Shown one piece after another: positions 20,338-29,291 of a stretch of 64,000 nucleotides of DNA (positions are counted from its first letter, which is position 1; each line of letters opens with the position of its first letter). The DNA is from an uncultured Chloroflexia bacterium (lineage in GTDB: Bacteria; Chloroflexota; Chloroflexia; Thermomicrobiales; UBA6265), in the NCBI GenBank assembly GCA_963724295.1, contig CAVRUC010000004.1:331551-395550 (forward strand), written 5' to 3'. The notes below the pieces were generated by a model, which was not told the origin of the DNA, made no database searches, and saw only the letters and a program-made list of their open reading frames with translations. Made by a program: the position numbers and the translations under genes.

Positions 20338-21216
20338 TTGGCTTCGACAATCTATGGACCGAACCTGTCTCACGCTTGGTTGGCCACCATTGAGCACCTG
20401 TTGGCTGTTGGTGGCAAGGCGGTCAATCTTATAACCGTCATAGAATCCACCGCCTATGAGGACATCAGGGTCCGGCGAAATATTGACGCATTTTTGTTGG
20501 CGCGACGGTCCAGCAGTACGTGGCTCGTTTCGACAGTCGCCAACACTATTTTCCCGGCTTCGCTCTATCTGCCGCGCCTCGGTAAGACCGCCCGCGAGCA
20601 CCTCTACGCGATGCACAAAGAGGGCGACACTATTAGGCGACGATTACCGGCTAACCGTTTCGGTAATTACTTCGACCGGTTGATTGCTTGGCCTGGACAA
20701 GAGGGCACTTTGAATCAACTCGAACACGTCATTCACCGGCTAGGTGCCGGAAATCAACGCAACCCGTTGAGCAGCGCGTACGAGCTTGCGCTGAGTGCTC
20801 CTGAGATTGACGCCGCGTCGGCGGCGGATCTCCGGATTTACATGCCCGATAGGGACAAATCCCCTATTGGGTTTCCTTGCCTCAGTCACATCAGCTTGAC
20901 TTCGGTCGATGGAACACTCCACATGACCGCGATGTATCGCAATCAGCACTTTCTGCGAAAGGCCTACGGAAACTATGTCGGTCTCAGCGAACTGCTTAAG
21001 TTCTTGGCTCATGAATCGGGCTCTCAGCCCGGCGAACTTGTCTGCGTTGCAACCCACGCCGACGCTGAAATTGGAAGTGGCCGTGGATTCGGCAAACGGG
21101 ACGTGCGCACTTTGATCAATGACTGTAGACAAGCGCTTGATGAGTCCGGTGAATCGGAAACGTCACGTCCTGATGGGCACTTGCCCAATCACGGATTGAC
21201 CCAAGTGGGCGCGTAA
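20338..21216 (+). CDS. Divergent thymidylate-synthase-fold protein
   Basis: NLSHAW N-terminus, GNYFDRL, GFPCLSHISL, LHMTAMYRNQ, AYGNYVGL, GELVCVATHA; RBS GAGGGGAG before TTG 20338. Confidence 0.78.
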   Translation: MASTIYGPNLSHAWLATIEHLLAVGGKAVNLITVIESTAYEDIRVRRNIDAFLLARRSSSTWLVSTVANTIFPASLYLPRLGKTAREHLYAMHKEGDTIRRRLPANRFGNYFDRLIAWPGQEGTLNQLEHVIHRLGAGNQRNPLSSAYELALSAPEIDAASAADLRIYMPDRDKSPIGFPCLSHISLTSVDGTLHMTAMYRNQHFLRKAYGNYVGLSELLKFLAHESGSQPGELVCVATHADAEIGSGRGFGKRDVRTLINDCRQALDESGESETSRPDGHLPNHGLTQVGA

Positions 21217-21632
21217 TGCTGTCCTGCGGCGTCGATGTCGTGGAATTACGTCCCTTCTTTAGACTGGTTGAGATTGGCGGAGAGGAGTTCTTACAGCGCA
21301 TCTACACTCAGCATGAGTTGACTTACTGCCGCGGCCGAGTGCCGCAACTCGCCGCACGACTTGCGGCGAAGGAGGCGTGCGCGAAAGCCCTTGGCACCGG
21401 CCTCCGTGGGGTGACTTGGCAAGAGATGGAGGTGTTGTCAGATCGTCGAGGCAAGCCAATGCTTCACCTTTCTGGGCGTGCCGCCAGCAGAGCCGAAGAA
21501 CTCAATATAAAAGAATGGACACTAAGCCTCTCACATTCCGAAAGCCTGGCTATCGCCCTGGTCATTATGACAGGCGAGGTTTGCGCAGAGGAAATACTCC
21601 CGCGCTTGGCCGACGCACTATCGATGGCGTAA
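21216..21632 (+). CDS. acpS: Holo-ACP synthase (4'-phosphopantetheinyl transferase, AcpS type)
   Basis: GVDVVE, LAARLAAKEACAKALGTG, GKP, LSLSHS; TAATG overlap with the upstream gene. Confidence 0.93.
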   Translation: MLSCGVDVVELRPFFRLVEIGGEEFLQRIYTQHELTYCRGRVPQLAARLAAKEACAKALGTGLRGVTWQEMEVLSDRRGKPMLHLSGRAASRAEELNIKEWTLSLSHSESLAIALVIMTGEVCAEEILPRLADALSMA

Positions 21633-21710
21633 CGCCACAGTAGCTGCTGCGGGAAGTTCGACCGCGACAGCCGAATTGACCGGATGCAGGATATAGGAGG
21701 AATGAACGCG

Positions 21711-22145
21711 ATGGCCGACCAAGAAGCGCAAGAACAGGCAGAACAATCGACGTCAGATTCGCAGGTTGCCGGGTCTCATTTCGCACTCGGACAGAGTCTG
21801 CGTGAGGCACGCATGTATCTCGGGCTGTCCCAAGAGTTCGTGGCGGACCAACTCGGCGTACCCAGAGCATCCGTGTCCGCGATGGAGAGTGGGAAGCGCA
21901 AAGTGTCTGGATTGGAGATCAAGCAACTCGCGGCTCTGTACAAGCGGCCGGTCACCTTCTTCTTGAACACAGACGACAAAGAAATGGATTTGGAGGCAGC
22001 GATGCCAGACGAAACGTCCCGCGCGCTGTTCCGGGCAGCGCGCAATCTCTCATCCGAGGACCGAGAGCAGGTATTGCGGTTCGCTCAGTTCTTGCGGCGG
22101 GCAGGGAAAGCTCCAATCCCTCAGTCGGACCCCACTGAATCCTAG
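21711..22145 (+). CDS. XRE-family helix-turn-helix regulator
   Basis: LREARMYLGLSQEFVADQLGVPRASVSAMESGKRKV; RBS AGGAGG 21695-21700. Confidence 0.93.
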   Translation: MADQEAQEQAEQSTSDSQVAGSHFALGQSLREARMYLGLSQEFVADQLGVPRASVSAMESGKRKVSGLEIKQLAALYKRPVTFFLNTDDKEMDLEAAMPDETSRALFRAARNLSSEDREQVLRFAQFLRRAGKAPIPQSDPTES

Positions 22146-22170
22146 CGCAGGCCTTTCAGGAGAAACAGCG

Positions 22171-23262
22171 ATGCCAAGACGTCACCTTTCATCGCTCGAT
22201 CGTGCCCGTGCGCTCGGTTCCCAAGCCGCGGCTCGAGAGCACGTCCGGTTGGGAACCGACCAGTCCAAACCAATCGACATCTTCAACGTAGTAGAGCAGA
22301 ACGGAATTTGGCTTATGTTCCAGCCTCTCCGCAATCTCTACGGTGCGTACGTTCGCGAAGGCGATAGCACCGGAATAATTGTCAACTCGAATCATCCGCT
22401 CAGCGTTCGGCGCTTCACCGCAGCACATGAGTACGGTCATCATGTCCTCGGACACGACCCGGTTGTTGATGACGAACGCAACATTAACTCGCCATTTGGC
22501 GCCGTCAATCTTGACGAGGCATCAGCCCAGACCTTCGCCGCCAGCTTTCTCATGCCGCTACAACTAGTGAACACTATGCTCCGCCAAATGAGTTTACCCC
22601 TTAGACCAGGCACGATGAGTCCGAGCCAGGTCTATCTTCTTTCGTTGAACTTAGGCAGTAGCTATCCCGCGACCATCAACCAGATGAAAACACTCGGAAA
22701 AATCTCGTCGCAGGTCGCGGCGAACCTGCGGAAGGAGAAGCCAAAAGACATCAAGAGCGAGATTGGGCGCGGCCGACGTCCCGCTCAAGTGTGGGCAGAT
22801 GCATGGCAAGTCAGTACACACGAAGCGGGCAGGGCTCTGTACCCGAAGGTCGAAGACATGCTTCACGTGGTACTGCCCGAGACACCATCGACTGGATTTA
22901 TCTGGTCAGTCGACGACCTGGGCATCGTGGACGCATCTCTGCTGGCGGATGGGGCGAAAGCGCCTCCTCACGCCTTCCTTTCATTCGAAGGAACCAGTTT
23001 TGAGGGAGCGAGTCCCAATCGAGGTCTTGTGAATTGGCAACACGGCCCGAAGACGTTCGGGGCCGGAGGGTCTCGTCACTTCGTGTTCCGTGTCTTGCGT
23101 CCCGGGCAGTTCTCGTTGCAACTCCATAAGGGACGACCGTGGGATCGCTCGCTCGCCTCCGAAACGTTCGAACTTGACCTCAGGATCTCACCGGCAGGTA
23201 CAGGTGGTACCGAGCAAGGCCTGAGCTTGCATCAGTGGCCCTCCCTAGCTAATGCCGCATGA
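22171..23262 (+). CDS. ImmA/IrrE family metallopeptidase fused to a C-terminal chagasin-like (I42) inhibitor domain
   Basis: RRFTAAHEYGH (HExxH) and EASAQTFAASFLMP; C-terminal LPETPSTGFIW / GAGG / RPWD loops. Confidence 0.85.
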   Translation: MPRRHLSSLDRARALGSQAAAREHVRLGTDQSKPIDIFNVVEQNGIWLMFQPLRNLYGAYVREGDSTGIIVNSNHPLSVRRFTAAHEYGHHVLGHDPVVDDERNINSPFGAVNLDEASAQTFAASFLMPLQLVNTMLRQMSLPLRPGTMSPSQVYLLSLNLGSSYPATINQMKTLGKISSQVAANLRKEKPKDIKSEIGRGRRPAQVWADAWQVSTHEAGRALYPKVEDMLHVVLPETPSTGFIWSVDDLGIVDASLLADGAKAPPHAFLSFEGTSFEGASPNRGLVNWQHGPKTFGAGGSRHFVFRVLRPGQFSLQLHKGRPWDRSLASETFELDLRISPAGTGGTEQGLSLHQWPSLANAA

Positions 23263-23930
23263 CCTCATCGCCAGTGTCGCCTTTACCTCCCAAGATCGAC
23301 CTGAGACCGCGATTGCTGGCAATTCAGGATCAAGGCGACCGCGGCACGTGCCTCGCCTTCGCGACTACAGCCGCGCATGAGGTGCGTAGGAGCCTCGCAT
23401 CGACACCCATTGAGGATCTGGCGGAAGAGGTGCTCTACTGGGGTTGCAAGCAAATAGATCGAGATACAAATCGGGGCACATCGTTCCAGTCAGCGTCTAA
23501 TGCGCTGGCGACGTGGGGACAGCCCTTAGAGCAACTTTGGCCCTACGACCCGTCCCGCATTGACACTGACTCTACGTATCAACCACCGGCGGCGGCTGTT
23601 GACCCTCGGGTATGCAACATGTCGAGCCTCGTCCCCATTGTTGCGAACACAACCGCGATCAAATCAGTGCTCGTCAGCGGAGAAGCGGTGATGCTTGGCA
23701 TCCAAATGAGCATCGCCTTTCTGTACCCGGTCGACGGTCACATCGCCCTGCCGTCGCCTGATGAGATGCTGGACGAAGGACACGCCGTGCTAATCGTCGG
23801 CTATGACGACGGAGCATCCGAGTGGATGGTGCGCAACTCGTGGGGCGCGCCATGGGGTGAGGCAGGTTACGGGTATCTGCCGTATCAATATGTTGAGCAG
23901 TACGGTGGCGAAGCGTGGATTATGGCCTGA
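23259..23930 (+). CDS. C1 family (papain-like) cysteine peptidase, no signal or propeptide
   Basis: IDLR, DQGDRGTCLAFA (Gln/Cys), GHAVLIVGYDD (His), VRNSWG..WGEAGYGYLPY (Asn); ATGA overlap. Confidence 0.93.
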   Translation: MTSSPVSPLPPKIDLRPRLLAIQDQGDRGTCLAFATTAAHEVRRSLASTPIEDLAEEVLYWGCKQIDRDTNRGTSFQSASNALATWGQPLEQLWPYDPSRIDTDSTYQPPAAAVDPRVCNMSSLVPIVANTTAIKSVLVSGEAVMLGIQMSIAFLYPVDGHIALPSPDEMLDEGHAVLIVGYDDGASEWMVRNSWGAPWGEAGYGYLPYQYVEQYGGEAWIMA

Positions 23931-24000
23931 CGCCATTGAGACTTGTTCTAGCGCCGATCACGAACCTCTCAGGAAGAGGTCTCTTGATCTGGTCTGGTGG

Positions 24001-24795
24001 CTACATCCCCATCGCGTGGTAGCCGTTATCGACGAAGATCGTTTCGGCGGTGATGGCCGACGCCGCGTCAGACGCCAGGAAGACAGCTACTTTGGCGACC
24101 TGCGGCGCGCCGAAGTCGTCCCGTAGCGGCGCTCGCTCCAGCATCGCCTTGTAGATATCGGCGAAACCGGGGATACCCCGCGCCGCGGCGGTTTTGACCG
24201 GGCCGGCGGAGATGGCGTTTACCCGCACCCGTTGCTCTCCCAGGTCATATGCCAGATAGCGTACCGACGACTCCAGCGCGGCCTTTGCCACACCCATCAC
24301 GTTGTATTTGGGAAATGCGCGATCGGAGCCGAGATAGGTCAGGGTGAGGATGCTCCCGCCGTCGCTCATGAGGGGCGCGATCCGCTGCGCGGAGGCGATG
24401 AGCGAGTAACAACTGACGCTCATCGCTACGCGGAACCCGTCGCGACTGGTGTCGATGAAGCGCCCTTCCAGCTCCGCGGCCGGTGCATAGCCGATGGAGT
24501 GCACCAGGGCATCGACCCGGCCAAAATCGCGCTCGAGGTCGGCGGCGAGCCGGTCGAGATCCTCGTCAGACTCGACGTTGCAGGTGTAGCCCTTGCCGCC
24601 GTATTTCGCCGCCAGCGTGAGCGCATCGCGTCCCGCCCGTTCGTCGACGTAGGTGACGGCGATGTTGGCGCCCGCTTCGGCCATCTGCTCCGCGATGGCG
24701 TGGGCGATGCTCCAACGATTCTGGATCCCCATCACCACGCAGTTCTTCCCGGCAAGCGCCCTCACCCCGGCAGTCCCGCTTCCGCTATCGCTCAT
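24001..24795 (-). CDS. fabI: Enoyl-ACP reductase FabI
   Basis: GIQNRWSIA, VHSIGYAP, YNVMGVAKAALES, VNAISAGPVKT. Confidence 0.95.
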   Translation of the reverse strand: MSDSGSGTAGVRALAGKNCVVMGIQNRWSIAHAIAEQMAEAGANIAVTYVDERAGRDALTLAAKYGGKGYTCNVESDEDLDRLAADLERDFGRVDALVHSIGYAPAAELEGRFIDTSRDGFRVAMSVSCYSLIASAQRIAPLMSDGGSILTLTYLGSDRAFPKYNVMGVAKAALESSVRYLAYDLGEQRVRVNAISAGPVKTAAARGIPGFADIYKAMLERAPLRDDFGAPQVAKVAVFLASDAASAITAETIFVDNGYHAMGM

Positions 24796-24899
24796 CGCTC
24801 GTTTCCTCCCGGACCGCGCCTGGCCGCGCCCTCGCCGTCAATGTGATGCATCATACCCGCGCCTCTACCGGCCGACCCAATCAGGAGGTTCCGCGTCCC

Positions 24900-26033
24900 G
24901 TGTCCACGATTGCCACCGAACGTTCGACTCCCGTGACTATCGCCACCGGCATCCCGGTCTTCGACGGCCACAACGATACGCTGCTCGATCTGCCGCTCAG
25001 TGGCCGCTCCTTTTTCGAGCGCTCTGACCAGGGGCACCTCGATCTTCCTCGCGCTCGGGAGGGAAGTCTCGGTGGTGGATTCTTCGCCGTCTTCATCCGC
25101 GATCCGGAGCTGGTTACGGACATGCCGGCGCCTCCGCCGGCTGACCCCGACGACACGACCGCGATCGCGGCGCGCATGTCAGGTCGTTACACCGATCCGG
25201 AACGCCTTCCTCCATCGATGGGGCTGGACTACGCTCAGCGCGAGGCTATGCGCGCCGTGGCGCGACTCTTCCGGCTGGAAGCGGAGTCGGCGGGGGCCGC
25301 CAAAGTCGTGCGCACCGCCGGCGAGCTGCGGCAGTGCCTGGAGAACGGCACGTTCGCCATGGAGCTCCATTTCGAGGGCGCGGAGGCGATCGACCCCGAC
25401 TTCGATGCGCTCGAGGTTTACTATCAGGCCGGGTTGCGCTCGCTCGGCATCACCTGGTCTCGTCCCAACCGGTTCGGCTATGGCGTTCCCTTCCAGTTCC
25501 CGGCCTCTCCCGATACCGGCCCCGGGTTGACCGACCTCGGCAAAGTGTTGGTGCGCGAGTGCAACCGGCTCGGCATCATGATCGACCTGTCTCATCTCAA
25601 CGAAGCCGGTTTCTGGGACGTCGCGGCCATCTCGGACGCACCGCTGGTCGCAACGCACTCCAATGTCCACGCCATCTGCGCCGCCACCCGCAATCTCACT
25701 GAACGCCAGCTCGACGCCATTCGCGCGAGCGAGGGCATCGTCGGATTGAACTTCAACTGCGGGTTCCTCCATCCCGAGGGGAATCGCGGATCCGATCTCG
25801 ATCTCGGCTGCATGATCGACCACCTCGACGCGCTGATCGAGCGTCTGGGCGATGACAAGGTCGGTCTCGGTTCGGACTTCGACGGGGCGACTATGCCGGA
25901 AGGGGTGCGCGACGTGTCGCTGCTCCCCAATCTGATCGAGGCGATGCGCGACCGCGGCTATGACGACGCGACCATTCGGAAGATCGCCTACGGAAACTGG
26001 TTGCGCGTGATGGAGCGGACCTGGGGCGCATAG
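24900..26033 (+). CDS. Membrane dipeptidase (M19) family protein
   Basis: FDGHND, HFEGAE, IDLSHLN, ATHSN, GLGSDFDG. Confidence 0.93.
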   Translation: MSTIATERSTPVTIATGIPVFDGHNDTLLDLPLSGRSFFERSDQGHLDLPRAREGSLGGGFFAVFIRDPELVTDMPAPPPADPDDTTAIAARMSGRYTDPERLPPSMGLDYAQREAMRAVARLFRLEAESAGAAKVVRTAGELRQCLENGTFAMELHFEGAEAIDPDFDALEVYYQAGLRSLGITWSRPNRFGYGVPFQFPASPDTGPGLTDLGKVLVRECNRLGIMIDLSHLNEAGFWDVAAISDAPLVATHSNVHAICAATRNLTERQLDAIRASEGIVGLNFNCGFLHPEGNRGSDLDLGCMIDHLDALIERLGDDKVGLGSDFDGATMPEGVRDVSLLPNLIEAMRDRGYDDATIRKIAYGNWLRVMERTWGA

Positions 26034-26055
26034 CCCGGGAGAAAGGAGCAATTGC

Positions 26056-26637
26056 ATGAACCATCACTGGCTCGTCGTTGCCGCCGCACTGGCACTGACT
26101 GTCGCGCCGTCGTTCATCGCGCCGGACACGTATGCCCAGGAGGGCGAAGATCCGGCCGCGGCTCAGTGGTGCGCGAGTAATCAGGGAACGGTCGTCGATC
26201 GCTTTCCAGCGAGCAACGTCTCCAGCGGTGCGCCCGTGGCCATGGGTTCGGCAGTGCGTTTTTGTGAGTTCAGCGGCGGTGAGGGCGCCGACCCTGCTGA
26301 CTCACACATCAGCGTCCTGCTGACCACGTTGGCGTCGGATCAACCGTCGATGGCGGCGACCGCCTACCTGACCAAACCAGAAATGGCGGAGAGCGGTGGG
26401 TCGGCGAATCCAGCTTCGGTCTACTGCGCCGATCTGGGAGGGGCAGAGATGGGCGGCCAACTCGCGCCGGACGGCGGCTGGGTCAGCGGAGCGGACGTGA
26501 CCGACGTCGTTCAGATGTGCGTCTTCCCCGATCTCTCGATCGTCGACTCCTGGGGTCTGGCGTACCACACCATGGGCACGATCCGCGGGGCCGATCTGGG
26601 GCCGCTCTTCCGCTGGAAGCCGGAGAGCTCAGGCTGA
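26056..26637 (+). CDS. Secreted Cys-containing hypothetical protein (DUF333-like motif)
   Basis: RBS AAGGAG, signal peptide, ANPASVYCADLGG. Confidence 0.7.
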   Translation: MNHHWLVVAAALALTVAPSFIAPDTYAQEGEDPAAAQWCASNQGTVVDRFPASNVSSGAPVAMGSAVRFCEFSGGEGADPADSHISVLLTTLASDQPSMAATAYLTKPEMAESGGSANPASVYCADLGGAEMGGQLAPDGGWVSGADVTDVVQMCVFPDLSIVDSWGLAYHTMGTIRGADLGPLFRWKPESSG

Positions 26638-26740
26638 GTGTTCGCTCCGGGAGTCCAAACGCGGTCGACGCCTGCAACTTGCAGCGCGTCGCCCCTGCCG
26701 TGACCGACACACGAACGCGATGACCATTCCACGAACTTGG

Positions 26741-26777
26741 AGAAAACGGGCCGGGGCAATCGCCCCGGCCCGTTCTC
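26741..26777 (-). terminator. Intrinsic terminator between convergent genes
   Basis: AACGGGCCGGGGC-AATC-GCCCCGGCCCGTT stem with a T-rich tail on the minus strand. Confidence 0.8.
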
Positions 26778-26799
26778 GGTTATGCCCTTGTGGTGAGAC

Positions 26800-27906
<1,107 letters not shown>

Positions 27907-28067
27907 TGCGACGTTCCTCCGATACCTGACTACAGGACCGTCCCCAGTTGGATGGCCCGGAAGCGCCTTCTCCGCGACACCGCCGCGGCGCCTTACGATC
28001 GGTAGTGCATTTTGTCGATAATTCGCGCTCGCTTGTCAAGGGGCAAGGGCTAGCGGGAGGAAACGGC

Positions 28068-29078
28068 GTGGCCGGTGAAGCGGGCAGCGTGGTGACGTTC
28101 GGGGAAGCGATGGTGCGGCTGACCCCGCCCGGCAACGAGCGGCTGGAGCGCACGACCTCACTCGATCTGACCGTCGGCGGCGCTGAACTGAACAGCGCCG
28201 CTACGTTGGCCTGCCTCGACGTGCCCGCCACCTGGGTCTCACGACTGCCGGATGTGCCCCTGGGTCGGGCTGTGGCGCGTGGCGCCCGGGCCGCCGGTGT
28301 CGACCTGTCGCATCTGGACTGGGCGCCGGAGAGCGGCGGCCGGGCGGGGGTCTATTACCTCGAGGAAGCCAGCGATCCCCGTCCTTCAGCCGTCTACTAC
28401 GACCGCGCCGACAGTGCCTTCGCGCGCATGGCGCCCGGGACGTTCGACTGGCCAGCCATCCTCGCCGGCGCACGCGCTCTGCACATCTCCGGCATCACCC
28501 CGGCGCTCGGACCAGGGCCGCGCGCGGAGACGATGGCCGCCATCCGCGCCGCCAATTCGGCCGGTGTCCCGGTCGCGTTCGACCTCAACTACCGCTCGAA
28601 GCTCTGGAGCGAAACGGAGGCGCGCGCCTGCTTCGCCGAGGTGGTGCCGCTCGTCGATATCCTGTTTGCATCCCGCGGCATGCTGCGTACCTTTTTCGCT
28701 ATCGACGGCGAGCACGCCGCGGTGCTGGACGCCGCTCGCACGCAGCTTGGTCTGGCGGTAACGATTCTCTCCCGCAAACGGGGCAAAGCGAGCCGGTCGG
28801 TGCGACTCGGTTCCGTGGCCATGGGGCGGGACGGGCAGGTCGTGGAAGGACCATGGCGGGACGTCGAGGTCGTTGACCGGCTCGGTGGCGGCGACGCGTT
28901 CGCCGGGGGCTTCATCGCCGGTTTCATTGCCGACCAGGACGACCTCTCCCGCGCGCTGGGCCTGGCCTCCGCGGCGCAGGCGCTCAAGCACACCATGCCC
29001 GGTGATTTCCTCAGCGCTACCCGCGCCGAGATCGAAGCGGCGGTTGAGTCGGACGAAGGTGGTGTCTTGCAACGGTGA
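28068..29078 (+). CDS. PfkB sugar kinase, 2-keto-3-deoxygluconate kinase-like
   Basis: FGEAMVRL, GGAELN, FDLNYRSKLWS, DRLGGGDAFAGG. Confidence 0.9.
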   Translation: MAGEAGSVVTFGEAMVRLTPPGNERLERTTSLDLTVGGAELNSAATLACLDVPATWVSRLPDVPLGRAVARGARAAGVDLSHLDWAPESGGRAGVYYLEEASDPRPSAVYYDRADSAFARMAPGTFDWPAILAGARALHISGITPALGPGPRAETMAAIRAANSAGVPVAFDLNYRSKLWSETEARACFAEVVPLVDILFASRGMLRTFFAIDGEHAAVLDAARTQLGLAVTILSRKRGKASRSVRLGSVAMGRDGQVVEGPWRDVEVVDRLGGGDAFAGGFIAGFIADQDDLSRALGLASAAQALKHTMPGDFLSATRAEIEAAVESDEGGVLQR

Positions 29079-29214
29079 CGCAGGGTGAGTGTTCCCTACG
29101 CTCACGGTGATGGGTGGTTGTTCGCTGCGCTCACGGTGGCCGGGTGGCAGGGTGGCGGGCAGCGTTCGTCCTGCCACCCCGCGACCCCGCCACCCATGAC
29201 CCATCACCCTCGCC

Positions 29215-29262
29215 TTGACTCTCGGCACCGCCTCGCATAGCATCTGGTCTAGACCTCTAGAC
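29215..29262 (+). promoter_or_regulatory. Sigma70 promoter plus GntR/HutC-type operator
   Basis: TTGACT (29215-29220) - 17 nt - TAGCAT (29238-29243), then palindrome GGTCTAGACC (29246-29255) and a second TCTAGAC. Confidence 0.75.
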
Positions 29263-29291
29263 GGATCATGCGGTGAGCGGGAGATTCGAGT

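Noticed and set aside
17440..23960. Direct repeats bounding the island (AGACTTGCTAGCACC at ~17443 versus AGACTTGTTCTAGCGCC at ~23938)
   Set aside because: Short, gapped and imperfect; compatible with chance
24001..24795. fabI as part of the ACP/AcpS island
   Set aside because: Opposite strand, host-like GC-rich codon usage and ordinary housekeeping sequence; adjacency is probably just the insertion site
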